The notes beneath the pieces were generated by a model. That model made no database searches, was not told where the DNA came from, and saw only the letters and a list, made by a program, of their open reading frames with translations. This document shows, piece after piece, positions 35,827 to 49,638 of a DNA stretch of 64,000 bases (position 1 is its first letter; every line of letters begins with the position of its first letter). The DNA lies in assembly GCA_965178125.1 (NCBI GenBank), contig OZ237746.1:1178001-1242000 (forward strand). The letters are read 5' to 3'. The translations under genes and the position numbers were made by a program. Source of the stretch: Bilabrum cf. latius (taxonomy: Eukaryota).

Positions 35827-38800
35827 TTACTGCTGCAGCTGCTCCTTGAGGATAAGGTCCTCGAGCGCCACACCGACCTGCTTGTCACCAGTCTCTCCAC
35901 CTGCGCCACCTGCGCCACCTGCGCCACCTGCGCCGCCCCTACCCCCAGCCCTGCCCATGCTCCTACTGCCATCGGCCCCGCTCATATCAGCTACACTACC
36001 AATCCCCGCCCTCGCCGCCACGGAAGCAACCACGATGGCCCTGGCAGAGTCCGTCCCCAGCCGATACACGAACAGCACCAGCACCTTGCCCAGCTGCACC
36101 AGCGGCTCCTGCAGCACGATGTCCACCACGAATGCAACCAGGCTCGCGACCACCCAGGCCCTCGCCTGCTCGGGGGTGAACAGGATCCCGTACAGGCAGC
36201 ACAGGTAGAACATGAAGCCCACCAGCACCAGCATCACCCCGTACACCAGCCCGATCATGAGGCCTCGGTCCCACCACGCCTCCTCCCAGTCCTGCACCTG
36301 CTGCTGCCTCCTCCTCCGGATCACCGCCCGTCGCCTCTTGAGCAGACGGGCAATCACCTGCGCAGACGTTTTGAACTTGCTGTCCTGTCCGTTGAGCGAC
36401 TGGGCCACCTCGTCACGGATGCGCACCTGCTCCGACCCGCTGCGTGCCAGGTTGCCCCGGTACCACTCGAAGACGAAGTACCCTGCAAGCACCACCAGCG
36501 CGGGCAGCACCTGCAGCCCCAGCACGGCAGCTGCGGCCTCGAGGGCGAAGGGCAGCTGCATCACCCCAAAGATAATGCCCCCAGTCGTCTGCATCACTAT
36601 TGCCGGTACCAGGGCGTACAGCGCGTTCTGTACCCACCCCCGCCTGGACAGGATAAATGCCACTGTGCCCAGCACCATCATGGCCAGACCAATCCCAGCC
36701 AGCAGAGCGATTGACCACCCAGATCCCTCCTGCTCCGCCCACACCTCTGCACTCAGCAGGTACAGCCCCAGCAGCATTCCCACGAATCCAGCCCACACGT
36801 ACACCAGCGACACGATCCCGATGGCGTTCAGCCACGGGCGCAACCAGGCCTCGGGGAGCGGCGCACGAGCGCTTCCTTGCGACCGTCCGTCCTGCATGGG
36901 GGTCGCGTCCACCGCCCCTGCCAGTCTGAGGCTCCGGAGCACCCTGCGACACGTGTGCTCGAACTCGCCCTCCAGCACGGCCCAGTTCTCCCTGGCGTCG
37001 TCTACGCCTGCTCCAGCCGCGGATGGGTCCGAGACCGGGTCCTGGGCCTGCAGGGCATCGTTGCCACCGGATGCAGCAGCCCCCGAATCTGTAGCGCCGT
37101 CCACAGAGGCCTTGGAGTGCGACTGGGCATGCTGCATGGACTCGCGCCTGGACTGAATCATCGGCGCCTGTCCGTACCCGGGCCCTCCTGCCTCACTGTG
37201 CACACGGTGCGCAAGGGCCGCCGCCAGCACGGCTGCCGCTTTCACGCCCGAGTCTTCCATGGCCCCTTCCTGCTTCTGACCACCCTCACGCGGGATGGCC
37301 GCCAGCACGGTCCGCCCCAGCCGCTCGATTGACTCGCCCATGCGCACTTCTGGATTGTCCAGCGGCCTGCCGCTCGATGCCAGCCCTGGCTTGGCCACCA
37401 CCTGCAGTAGCGCCAGCCGCACCTCCTGCAGTGACATAGCCCCGGCAGGCGGCCCAAAGCCCGCCATCCCCCTCCTCCCTCGCCGGTACACGAACCAATC
37501 CACAGCGGCATCCAGGTCCTCCAGGGAGGACACCACCGCCCGAGTCACCGCAGGAGCCGCGGCCTTGGCCCGCTGAGCCAGCACCTCCTCGCCGTCTGGC
37601 CCAGACTTCGGGTCGTCGTCACCCCCGACTGCCCCAGGAGCAAGCGCCATGCCACCGCCATTCAGGTGCCCAACACCCGCAAGCACGGCCTCAAGGGGTA
37701 CAATAGACTCCACCACCTCATGCGATCCACCGGTGGACGATGACCCCCCTTCCGTACTCGAATCGGACGCGGCCTCCTGGCCTATCTCCCCATCAAGGTT
37801 GGCGTCAGGGGCAGCCACAGGCCCGGGCTCCGCTCCATCTGACCGCCAGACATGCATCCTTGCTGTAGCAGATCCATCACCATTGTCATTCTGATTCTGC
37901 TGCAGACCTGCGGTAGACACGGGGCGGCCCGCAGCAGAGGACATGCCCTCAAGCGCCACCCCGATACCATTCCCAGCCTCCGCAATGTGTGGGTCCGGGG
38001 CGTCGGCTGGCGGGCCTTCCAAAGTGTACTTTTCTTCGTCTCGAGTTATGTAAGAAGGAGTCCGGGCCAGCGCACCGCATTCCCCTGACACCTGCAGTGC
38101 ATCCAGCGCCTCCTGCTTCCTCCTCGCCATATCTTTGGCCCGTTGCTGTCTTACTGCATACGTAACATCCAGGCTCTCGGCCCGAAAGGTGTTGATAAAC
38201 GCGAACAGACGGGGGGACAGACGCTCCACCGGAATCATAGAGGCTGCAGAGATCGCGGCCGACACGAAGCGGGCGGATACGCGCTCCGCCTCGCTGCCAA
38301 AGAAGACGGCGTTGATGGCCATCGAGGTCAGGCACGTGGCCACCAGGATCAGAAGCCGCTGCGGCCGGGTCACCACCAGGAGGTCCTCCTGGGGCGTAAA
38401 GAAGATGCTGCCCCACATGTGGTCTCTCCGCAGCGCATCAAGCCACTACTGTGTCAGATAGGCCACTACTAGCCAGAGCGTGCCTCGCTGTCGAAGGTCC
38501 GTCCACTCCTGCCTCGCATCCTCCTTGTCCTGTCGAATCGCCTCTAGTTGCGCTCTAAGGCCTTCCTCCTCCCCCTTCACCGCCGCCTCGATCTTGTCCA
38601 GGTCCACATAGGCGGGATACACGGCGTACAGCTCCTCTTCCAGCGCACCTGCTGTCTCTGCCACCCTCGTCTCGGTGGCTTCATCCACTGCCTTACCACT
38701 CATTTCCTGCAGCGGTCCACTGCCTGAAACTAGCTCACGGGGAGGACTGGGTGTGCTGGGTAACGGACTCTGACGACCACCGCCAGCACCGGCCGAGTGC

Positions 38801-41800
38801 AGCAGCTCCTGCTCTGCAGGTGTTGCCGCCTCCGAGCCCCCCTTCCTGCTCTCGCCCTCCATGGGCCTAATCGATACAGCCCCAGCACTCATGGCCAACT
38901 CCACGGCACTTGACGGAAAGCCTGCATCCCCAGCACTCGATCCACCCGTTGGCCCCGCTGCATACGCAAGACGTCTTGTAGACCTGCCCGATCCACCTGC
39001 AGCACGGCCTGCGGATTGCCCGCTTTGGGTGGCAGCGGCCTGTTTCCTTCTCTTCTGCTCCTGCACGATCTTCCAGCGGTACCTCTGCAGCACCTTAAGG
39101 TACACCTCCAGCTGGTCCTCGATGTGCAGCTGCTCCATACCCACCTGTCGTTGGATGTGCCCAAACCGAAGCATGTGCGCCTATCGCAGCTTCCGCAGCT
39201 CTGGCCTGCGATAACCCTCAAACACGGCAGACACCATCCACGAGATCCCAAATGCAAGCAGAAGCACGCCCAGCACAACCACCGGGAAGAGGTTCTCGGG
39301 CTGCAAGTAGTTCCGCAGCAGCCCGGCGTCCCCAACCGGATCCACCCGATTCACCGTGGGCAAGTCCCTTCGCACCACGGCCGCGAAATCGGACAGATGG
39401 GTAGACGCGCACACGGCCACTCGCTCTCCCGTCTGCACGTCTCGGTTCACCCTGACAAGCACCAGGCCAGCAGCCGACTCACCGCTATAGCTGCTGCCAT
39501 CCAGCCCCTGGCACACGAAATCCTCCGGCGTGGCACTTGCCTGCATTGGCACACGCACCAGGATGGGGCACTGCAGCCCTGACACCTCCGTCTCCATCGA
39601 CACACCCGCATCTGCCAGACTCACCGTGACAAACCCTGCCGGCCTCTCTTCTCTCTCCGAGGATGCAACCAGCAGGTCCTGGGGAGCTTGTGGGGACACC
39701 TGCCACTGCACCATCCGCAGGTCAATCGGGCCATCACCCTCTGCCAACAGCTGGCCAGCAGCCCCCCGCGCGTCCACACCACCGAGCCCCCGGCCATCTA
39801 CCACTGCCAGCTAGCCACCTACGTTTCCGCCCGCAGCAGTCCGGCGCACCGTCACTTCGGCGGTCCCAGGCAGCGACAACACCAGCGGGCCTTCTCCGGG
39901 TACAACGTCCAGCGACGCCGATGCAGCCACCCGCTGCATCGTGCCGTCCGTGGTGGCCCTGTATTCCGCCAGCTCATCCATCAAAACCTATGCAACGGCA
40001 ACGCTGCCACTTTGCGCTCTCCTCGTCCTCTTCCCACCGACTTGCCCACCCTCTGATTCCAGCGCCTGCTGCATGAGCCCCAGGATTTCCCGCCCGAGGG
40101 ACTGCAGTGAGTTCAACGCAGATGACGCAGCGAGTGATGTCTCCTGCTGCGAGCCAAACACCGACAACACACCGTCCAGCCCGTCGTTCACCACAGCCGC
40201 AGTGGCATTTTCTCCGCTGGCATTTTCGATCACCTTGCCCAGCAGCGACTGCAGCAAGCCCTGCAGCTGTCGCCGCGCAACCGGAGGCAGCTCACCCGGA
40301 TCCCCGAACAGGCCCGAAATCACGCTCAGCGCCTGCTCCGCCTCGTCCGGTGTGGCCGATTCCAGCTGCTCAAGCGACGACTGCAGCACCTCAACCGCCG
40401 AGCGACGAACAGCCCACACGCTCTGCAGCAGGTCCTTGCTCACGTCGCATGCCCGCCCATTCCATCCATCCTAGCACATGCACACAGCTGCGCACCCGAT
40501 GCTGTTGCCACCTGCCCTCACCACACATGCAGCATCGCTGGGAACGCGGGCGCACGCCCCGTGCCCACTGCACTCCACCGCAGGCACGCGCCCCCCCGCG
40601 GCAAGCACCCCATCCGAAGACCCAGGGCACGCTGCAAGGCCACCATCAGACGGGTTGCCGTCGATGGAAGCCGGTGGCCCGACCAGGCACTGGCCACGGA
40701 AGCACGAAGCCACGTCGCCGCCGCCTGCAGGAGCCACGCATGTCGTGGCATTGCAGCTGGATGCGCCCGTATCGGATCGCACCACCGCCCCTACCACGTC
40801 TGAGATAGTCTGCAGCGTTGCTAGCACCTCATCCACAGACTGGTACTGTGTCGCGTTGCCTAGGGCACCCACGCTGTCTGTGAGATCATCAAGGCGACCT
40901 TCAGCCACGGCTGTGGCGTTCTCCCTGCCCGCATCATCCGACACTTCCTGTCCTAGCACATGCACCAGCACAGGTCTTCCGTCCGTTCCGTACACGGACT
41001 CGACAGTGGCTCCCAGCTGGTCCCTCACCTGCACGCTCAGCACCACCGCCTGAGCCACCCCTGGCGTACTGGCCAGCGCATCCCGGCCCTCCTCCCCGGG
41101 ACCCACGCGCGCCCCTTCCAACACGGGGGACTGTGAGAATCCCCGACTCAGAGGCACAAACCGAGACCCAGACGAGCGGTCCAAGCGGGATACCAGCTCG
41201 GCATCCGCGATCGACCCGGCTCCAGCAGCTTCCGACGTGGCCAGGGCAAGCTGGTAGTACCCGAAGCGGTAAGCTAGCGGCAGGTGGGATGCCTCGTCCG
41301 TCCACCCAACAGCACGCAACTCTAGGCCTTCATCGACTTGATCCAGGAGTCGCACACTGACAACACCACCAGCTCCCGATGCACCGGGCGTGGAGGCCTC
41401 GAGGTGCCCAGAGGAAGGCGGGGCGTTGGTCTGGATTGCCACCGAGGCGGCCACGCTCCATCCAGCACTGGCACTGGAAACCACCACCTGCACCCGGTAC
41501 TGCGTCCCGTCCTCCAGCAGCGATGCCAGGATCACCGCTTGTGCCAGGGTGGGCGTCCCGCTGAAGATGGAGCCTCCAAGCGACTGGTCGCCCGATGCGC
41601 CCTGAAGCACGCTGTACGTCACCGTGGCATCTGTCGGCAGACCGTCACTGCCAGGAACACCGTCGATCACATCTCCCGTACCTGCATCTGTTAGTGTGGA
41701 ACGTACGATGAGCCGTCTCTCCGTGTTGATGAGGGCCCCACCTTCCTCCGTGGATGCACCTGCAATGAGCGAGGAACGGTCCACTTCCAGCTACACCAGA

Positions 41801-44800
41801 GGGGGCAGCTCCACCGCCTCATCTTGGACCAACGGGGACACGCCCACAGTGACGAACGCCGTCTGCGACCTGCGTCCTAGAGGGAACAGCAATCCATCCG
41901 TGGATTCCGGGTTCCTCGTCACGCTCACCGACAGGACCACCACCGACCCGGCGGGCAACGAACCCGCGGGCAGTTGCAGCTCCGGCCCACGCTGCTGCGT
42001 GACCAGCTGCGAATCTCCCCGCAGCGCTATCGGGGTTGTGACTAAAGGCAACAAGGCGGACGATCCAGCACCCGTCAGGTTCAAGCCGGGACAAGGCATT
42101 CCCTCGTCAAACGCAGCTGCCGCAGAGGTTACCTCCTGCAGCTCCTGCCGCACGATCGAGGCGTCCTGCAGCCCTTGGCGCGCCACCCTGCACTGCCACT
42201 GCATCTCCAGCTTCCGTCCAGTCACGTCCAGATCCGCGGATCCCCGGGCATCGAGCGTAAGCTCTTGCTCTGCGGCCAGCTACCTCCTAGCCCCTCCCGC
42301 GATGGCAGCACGCACACCTTCCGGCCGCACTACAAGTCGCACATCCGCTGAAGAAGACACGCTAGTGGTCTAGCCCGAGCCTAGCGACAGCCGCTACCGC
42401 ACGATAGCACGCAGCGTGTACGTCCGGCCCGCCCTCAGCGCCCCCGCCGGGAGCTGGATCGCACGCCCCCGCTGTCTCCTAAATCCGTTTAGCTCCTGCT
42501 CCGACAGCAGCCGACCAGGCAGCGAACCATCCGACACCCCATCCGTGGGCACTGCGGCTGTCATGATCCACCGCACGGGCTCCTGCTCCACGGACGCATC
42601 CACGCACGGAGACGCCTGCACCCGGGTCTGCAGCGTGAGGGGCCGCAGCGCCGACCCCTGCACCAGCTCTCCGCCCACTATGGAGATGCGAGGCACGTTC
42701 TCGGCTGATCTGCGGATGGTCACGGTTGAGCTGCCCGTGGACTCTGACAGGAAATTGGCCACGGTCACCCGCAAGGTCACATTCGACGCCTGGGAGGTGG
42801 CTGTTCGGGGGAGCGTGACTCTGGATAAGCGGCCGGCAGGTCCGCCCAGATATGTCTGCACCTGCTGCACGTCAGCTGCCTGCACACCGGCTCCGTCCAT
42901 GCCTACCAAATGCCACTGGTACGATAACGTCCTACCTAGCGTGCCGTAGGATGCCCCTGCATTGGCAGTGATGCCGTCGCATGGCCCGATGGACTGCGGC
43001 GCCTGCACCACTGCCACTGGAGCCAGCACAGCGGCCCTTGGAGGCTCAATCTGCACGCAACTCGCGCCCATAGTTCGCAGGGAGGAAGGCACAGATCGTA
43101 ATACGCCCGCTCTCAGCCGCAGCTATGACAGCGCCTGCCCCGCTGAGGTGCCAGCAGCGCCGAATTCCGGGCACGACAGCACGCCGTCCCACGGCCGCAG
43201 CGGCACCACGGCTGCTCCCGGTCCTAGGTACACGTCCAGCTGCCTAGAGGACCTGAAGGCACACCATGCTGTCTGCCCCTACACCCCCTGAGCCCGCGCC
43301 GCCAGTACCCATACCACGTTGGAGAACAGCAAGTCGCAGGGTCCCGCCTGCTGCCCCCCCGTCCCAATACTCACATCCACGTCGGAGGCGAAGGTCACCA
43401 CCAGCCGGGCCCCGGAGGAATCGAACACGGCTGACTTCACCACGGGGGCGGGTCTGCGGTCCTGCAGGACCACCTGTCCAGATGCAGTGGCATACTGCGC
43501 CCTTTGGGATAGGGGGTCCTGCAGCTACACGTCGGCCGCCCTGGTGGCCCCACCGCTCAGGGTCACACTCACACCGTGCCGGAAGCTGCCTCCTTGCACG
43601 GCTGCATCCGACGGTACCACCAGCAGTCGGCGGGGAGATTGCCAAGCACACATGGCGGCTCCTGTAGCAGCAGTGTTACCCGCCCCACTTGCCTAGAATG
43701 CCAGGAACAGCGTGGCTGGAGAGATGGGGGCTGGAGTGGAGCTGCATGGGAAGCCGCTGGATCGCACCGTCTGCACCAGGGTGGCCGAGGCTGTCTCTCC
43801 CGTCAGCCTGGCGGGCAATGCTGCCAGGACAGACCATCCTCCCATGTTTGTATCTCGATCAAACTGCACCAGCACAGCGTCTGCGACTTCAAGTATGGAG
43901 GCGGACTGCAGCACGGGGGCATCCACAAATACCGTCTCGATCCGCCGTACGGCCGGCTCGATCACCTCCTGCACATCGACCCGAGCGATGCCACCTGCCT
44001 GGGCTAGTGGGTTGCCCGTTGCACCTGAACCAATGGCCTGCTGTGTGGAGCTGTCGTACTCCGGGTCTGTGCTCGTGAAATCGAGGTTAACTGCCCCACC
44101 CAGGATCAGAGTCTCTGTCAGTTCGCTGGGCAATGTCCCCGAGGGCTGGCTCCTGAGGGTGAAGGTCACCCTCCCCTGCCACTCTGACGGCTGAATCACT
44201 CTGCTGGAGGGACCCACCACAGCCAGATACCCGGAACTGTCCCCATCGAGGAGACAATCTACCCGCACCGAGGCCGTGGGTCGACTGCCCAGAGACACAG
44301 TCACCTGGGCATCCCTGTAGGTGTACCCAGATCCACCTGCTGCGGTCTGTGTCGCTGCAATCACCACTTCCTGCGGCTGCACAGTCACCCCAACGCCATC
44401 CACCTCCCGCAGCGGCAGCACCAGAGTCGCGTTCCTCCTCCCCACAGAACCATCCGCGATGGCCAGGTAGCCCCCATCGGTGGTGCCGCCGGCATCCAAC
44501 TCAACGGACACATGCACAGGATCACGCACTGGACTGGCCACCCCATCTGCAGACGTGGTGATCATCACAGCCTGAGGGACACTCCAGTCGCTGCTCGTGA
44601 ACTCAAGCACCGAAGCAGTCACGTTGCTCTCGGCATCCGAAGGCACACCCCCCTGGTCCTGCACCCCAACTACCAAGGTCACGGTACCGGAGGGCTGGGA
44701 CGCTAGAGCCACAGCAACGAAAGCAGACTCCCCTTCTGCGATCATAGCCAAGCCCCCATTGTCGCCTGCATCACCGGCCAGCAGATACACCGATGTATCA

Positions 44801-47800
44801 CTGCTGTTGCCATCTCGGGAATCCACCCGCTGCTGCAGCCCCAGAGGCAACCCACCGGCCCCGGCCAAAGGTGCATCTCCAGGTGCCCCAAAGATGATGA
44901 ATCCGGCTTCGTCATTGTCCTCTTGTTGCACTGTGACCGTCGCCGCTGTCAGCTCATGCACACCGTCTGGTGTCTCCAGCCGCAGCTTAAACCCGAGCGC
45001 CGGGCAGTTCCCGGCCCCAGCAGATCGATCGTCTGGGAGTCGCACCTGCAGCAGCACCGGGACGTCAAAGCCCTCCCTGGTCACGGCCGTGAGCACCTCT
45101 TCCTCTCGCACCATGGCACGCAGGTCCTTGCCGCGGTGGGTCAGCGGGAACTGCGTCAGGACGGCGCATGCGGCGTCATTGCCCGGGGTGCCTGCATCCA
45201 TCGACTCGCCCAGGACGATCCTGGCCCCTTGCCCCCCCATGGGCTGCGACAACGACACGCTCAGTCCCAGCGTGCTTCCCTCCTCCGCCAGCACAAGCAG
45301 GTCGGATGCCTCCGCATACCTGCCTCCATCAGCCCCTGAGACAGCTACTGGATCCACGCCGAACTCGAACGCCCGCACCCCAACTGGGAGAGTTGCGCCC
45401 GGCGCAACCGCTCCAGCCGCCTCGATGAGTACGGCGGCGATGGGAGGCGGGCTCGCACTAGCAGCAGCTGCACTTGACGATGGTGTCGGGCTCGCACTAG
45501 CAGCAGCTGCACTTGACGATGGTGGCGGGCTCGCATTAGCGGCAGCTGCACTTGACGATGGTGGCGGGCTCGCACTAGCGGCAGCTGCACTTGACGATGG
45601 TGTCGGGCTCGCACTGGCGGATGTGGCTGCACCTGGACTCGCGCTAGGCACCGATCCCCCTATGAAAATCACGTGCACTGCTCCTCGATCATCTCCTCCC
45701 GTGTCATCCCCACGTGCACCTGCCACGATGACCGTCCTACCGAGGCCTTGCAATGCAGTCGGGGCAGCCACGCCAGAGCCTGCGTCCCAGGTAGCGCTCA
45801 GCATCGAGTCCAGCCTCGTGATCTTGGTGAAGTCCCTGACCGGGTCTGTCTCGGTGCCCGGGTTGAGATAGAGGATGTACAGGGCCCCCGAATTGGCGCC
45901 GCCCGTATCATCGGAGCCTCCGCCAACCAACAAGTCCTCCTGTCCATCACCATCAATGTCCCCGCACTTGCCCACGGCTCCAAAGCCTGACCCTGTTTCA
46001 AGGGTACCACTCGGCAGCCCTCCCTCGCCGTCACTGATCTCCTCCACAGATCCAGGGATAGCACTGCCGTCAGATGAAACCCGGAACAGCAACACGCGGT
46101 CTGGGCTCGCCCGCGCTGCAACATCCACTGGATTCCCGGCCTAGCGGGGCTCCAGGGGCACAAGCAGTGCGCTTAGCTGCATTGAACCTAAATCAACGGA
46201 CGCAAAAGCGCTCCCCGGACCCGGCGTGATCCTAGTGTGGGCCTTGACCCTGTCGTTTGCCCGCATGAAGAGCACAAATAGGGCACCGTTGTTCATGCCT
46301 CCCGTGTCATCAAACGGTGCACCCACCATGATGTCGTTCAGTCCATCGCCGTCAACATCACCAAGACTCGCCAACGACTGCCCAAAGTTATTGTTTGAAG
46401 CAATTGCGCCAGAAGGTATACCGCCGTTGAATCTATCGATCCTCTGAGTGTGCACCACCGTGGCATTGGGAAGCACGCGCATCACGAAGACCATGTCCCC
46501 GCCCTCTGCTCCTCCCACCAGTCGAGGCAGGTGGCCCTAGTCGCCGTCGGGCTGGTCAAACCGCCCAGGCACGCCGAAGAAGTTGCTGGTACGAACCGCG
46601 AGGTTAGCCCCGCCCTCTGTGATCGAGATTTTCTGGAAGTCTCTCACGGTCCCATTCCGGTGCAGGAAGAATACGTACATGGCTCCAGCATTGGTGGCAC
46701 CATCGTCAGTCGTGATGGCAGATACACCCAGCTCGTCGATCCCGTCGCCGTCCAGGTCCCCAAGGCTGGCAATGTGGGTGCCTAGCTGGTCTGAGTCGGA
46801 TAGCTGGTCGCTGGGGAATCCTCCCTCCCCGTCAGCGATCTTGACCGTAGACAGCACCGTGCCGACGGCTGCGGGTGACGGCGACGCTGACGGGGTGAGA
46901 CTGATGCTGGGCGTGGGAGTGGGGCTTGTGGAAGGGCTTGGACTGGGCACTGACCCACCGATGAAGATCACGTGGATAGACCCACGACCAGTCCCGCCCG
47001 TGTCGTCCTTCCATGCACCTCCGATCAATGTTGTCCTGCCCTAGCTGCCCAATCCGCCCACAGCAGCGGCTCTTCGCATCTCAGACCCAACCTGCCATGT
47101 CCCATTCAGCGCCGGGTCCAGCCTCGTGAGCTTGGTGAAGTCCCTGACCGGGTTCGTCGACCCACCCGGGTTAAGGTAAAGGATGTATAGGGCACCCGAG
47201 AGAGTCCCGCCGGTGTCGTCTTTTGGCGCACCCACCAGCAGGTCCTCGTATCCGTCACCATCTAAATCACCCAAGGTACTGACAGTGCCAAACTGAGAGC
47301 CTGCTTCGATGGCACCATTGGGCATCCCACCAATGCCACTTCCAATGACCTCTAATGATCCAGGTATGGCCGTGCCATTTGCAGCAATCCGCAGTAGACC
47401 GAGCGGACGGTCATCAAGCCCGATAGATATTGCTACATCAACCGGGTTTCCGGCTTGGCGGGGGGATAGCATGGTTATGTCCGTGCCGATGTTCAGACTG
47501 GCCACGTCAATGCTGGCAAACACACTCCCTGCCCCACTCGTTATCACGGTGTGGCCCCTGACCGTGTCGTTGCCCCGCATGAAGAGCACGTACAGGGCCC
47601 CATCATTTGTTCCTCCGAGGTCAGAGAACCTCGCCCCTGCGATGAGGTCGTTCAAGCCGTCGCCGTCAATATCAGTCGATAGGCCGTACGCCACGGCCCC
47701 AAAGCGGCCCTGAATGGACCCGCTGGGCATCCCGCCCTCTCCATCCGCGATCTTGGTTGTGTGCACCACCGTGGCATTTGGCAGGATGCGCATGATGTAG

Positions 47801-49638
47801 ATGGCATTTTGGCCCCTGGAGCCGCCTAGCAGCCTAGGGAGGTGGCCCTGGTCGCCATTGGGCTGATCGAGCCGTCCGGGAATGCCAAAATTGGAATCGT
47901 TGATCGCTTCTATTGCAGCGCCACCCCGCGTAGCAGAGATCTTCTGGTAGTCTCTCACAGTTCCGTTCTAGTGCAGGAAGAGCACGTACATTGCACCGTT
48001 GTCAACCGCACCATCGTCGTCATTTAGTGCCTGCACAGCCACCTCGTCGATCCCGTCATCATCGATATCTCCAATGTTGACTACCGAAGCTCCGAAAAAG
48101 TCCAGATTGCCCAATTTACTGGCTGGGAATCCTCCCTCCCCGTCAGCGATCTTGACCGTAGACAGCACCGTGCCGACGGCTGCGGGTGACGGCGACGCTG
48201 ACGGGGTGATACTGATGCTGGGCGTGGGAGTGGGGCTTGTGGAAGGGCTTGGACTGGGGCTGGAAGTGGGGCTTGGACTGGGCACCGATCCTCCTATGAA
48301 GATCACGTGCACTGCTCCTCGATCATCACTTCCCGTGTTATCCTTCTCCGCCCCTGCCACGATGGTCACCCGCCCGTCACTTCCAAGACCTTGTATGCCA
48401 GCAACAGATACCAGCCTTGAGCTCGCCAACCAGGTAGCGCTAAGGACAGGATCCAGCCTCGTGATCTTGGTGAAGTCCCTGACCGGGTCTGTCTCGGTGC
48501 CCGGGTTGAGATAGAGGATATACACAGCGCCTGAGCTCCCACCACCGCTATCATCAAGCGAAGCAGCCGCCACTAGATCCTCCTGTCCATCACCATCAAT
48601 GTCACCGCACTTGCCTACGCGACCAAAGTTGCTATCGTTCTCGATAGACCCGCCTGGGAGCCCGCCATTCCCATTGCTAATCAGCTTGATCGAGCCGGCA
48701 ATCACGGTTCCGTTTCCTGCAAGCCGAAACAAGATAATCCCGTTGATGATGTTGCTTCTAGTAGCGATATCAACCGGGTTACCGGGCAGCCTCGGCTCCA
48801 GAGCCACGATCTATGCCCCTATCCTCAGGATGTCCGCATCCACGCTCGCCAGACCCGCTCCATGCGCCGACGAGATCTTGGTAAAATCCCTGACTGTGTC
48901 ATTGCCCAGCATGAAAAGCACGTACATGGCACCCTTGTTGATACCTGCAGACTCGTCGTCACCTGCTCCCACCATGACGTCGTTCAGTCCGTCCCCATCC
49001 ACGTCCCCCAGGTCGCCCGTCACCCCCACACCGAACCAGCTGCTTGCCTGTATGGATCCGTTGGGCATCCCTCCCTCCCCATCGGTGATCTTTGTCGTGC
49101 GCACCACCGTGGCATTCGGCAGCACACGCATTACGTACAGGGCATCTTTATCCTAAGCACCGCCCAGCAGCCTAGGAAGGTGGCCATCATCCCCGTTGGG
49201 CTAGTCCAATCGCCCAGGGCTTCCAAACCTGGAACCTGCCTCGATGTCTAAGTCGGCGCCACCCCGCGTAGCAGAGATCTTGTGGTAGTCCCTCACAGTT
49301 CCGTTCTAGTGCAGGAAGAGCACGTACATGGCACCGGCGTTCGAGCCACCGTCATCATCAGTCCTAGCGGCTGCGGCCACCTCGTCGATCCCATCGCCGT
49401 CCAGGTCACCCACGTTGGCCACGATGGATCCGAAGAAGTCGTCAGTGCCCAGTTCATTGCTGGGAATGCCGTTCAATCCACTGCCGATCTTGACCGTGGA
49501 CAGCACCGTGCCGGGAGCGGCAGGGGAGGGTGAAGGCGAGGGGGTGGGCGAAGGCGAGGGGGTGGGACTGGGCGAGACCACTGCCCCAGTGCTCAGCTGT
49601 GCCCCCAGCAGCTGCAGTACCAGCAGATAGTGCAGCAT
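35827..49638 (-). CDS. Giant single-exon polycystin-1/PKDREJ-like adhesion receptor, 4603 aa: signal peptide, 3 FG-GAP propeller modules, REJ-like region, EGF, GPS, multi-TM
   Basis: Fifteen track ORFs lie in one frame. I read every gap between them and found 21 TAG, no TAA or TGA. Ends TAA 35829-35827. Motifs LTLDARGSADLD, TNAPPSSG and LPLAYRFGY (REJ), CMC*DGWNGRAC (EGF), VCASTHLSDFA (GPS), RPQRLLIL and LYGILF...W (PKD1-like TM region). Confidence 0.88.
45448..45615 (-). repeat. 42-bp coding tandem repeat x4 encoding an ASP(T/P)PSSSAAAA(S/N) linker
   Basis: CGGGCTCGCA(C/T)TAGC(A/G)GCAGCTGCACTTGACGATGGTG(T/G) repeated on the + strand. Confidence 0.85.
45650..49510 (-). repeat. Three tandem ~1.3-kb FG-GAP propeller modules within the giant gene
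   Basis: Each unit starts GTVLSTVKI and ends HVIFIGGSVPS. An identical DNA block at ~46815-46897 and ~48126-48208 gives a period of ~1311 bp. Confidence 0.85.
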
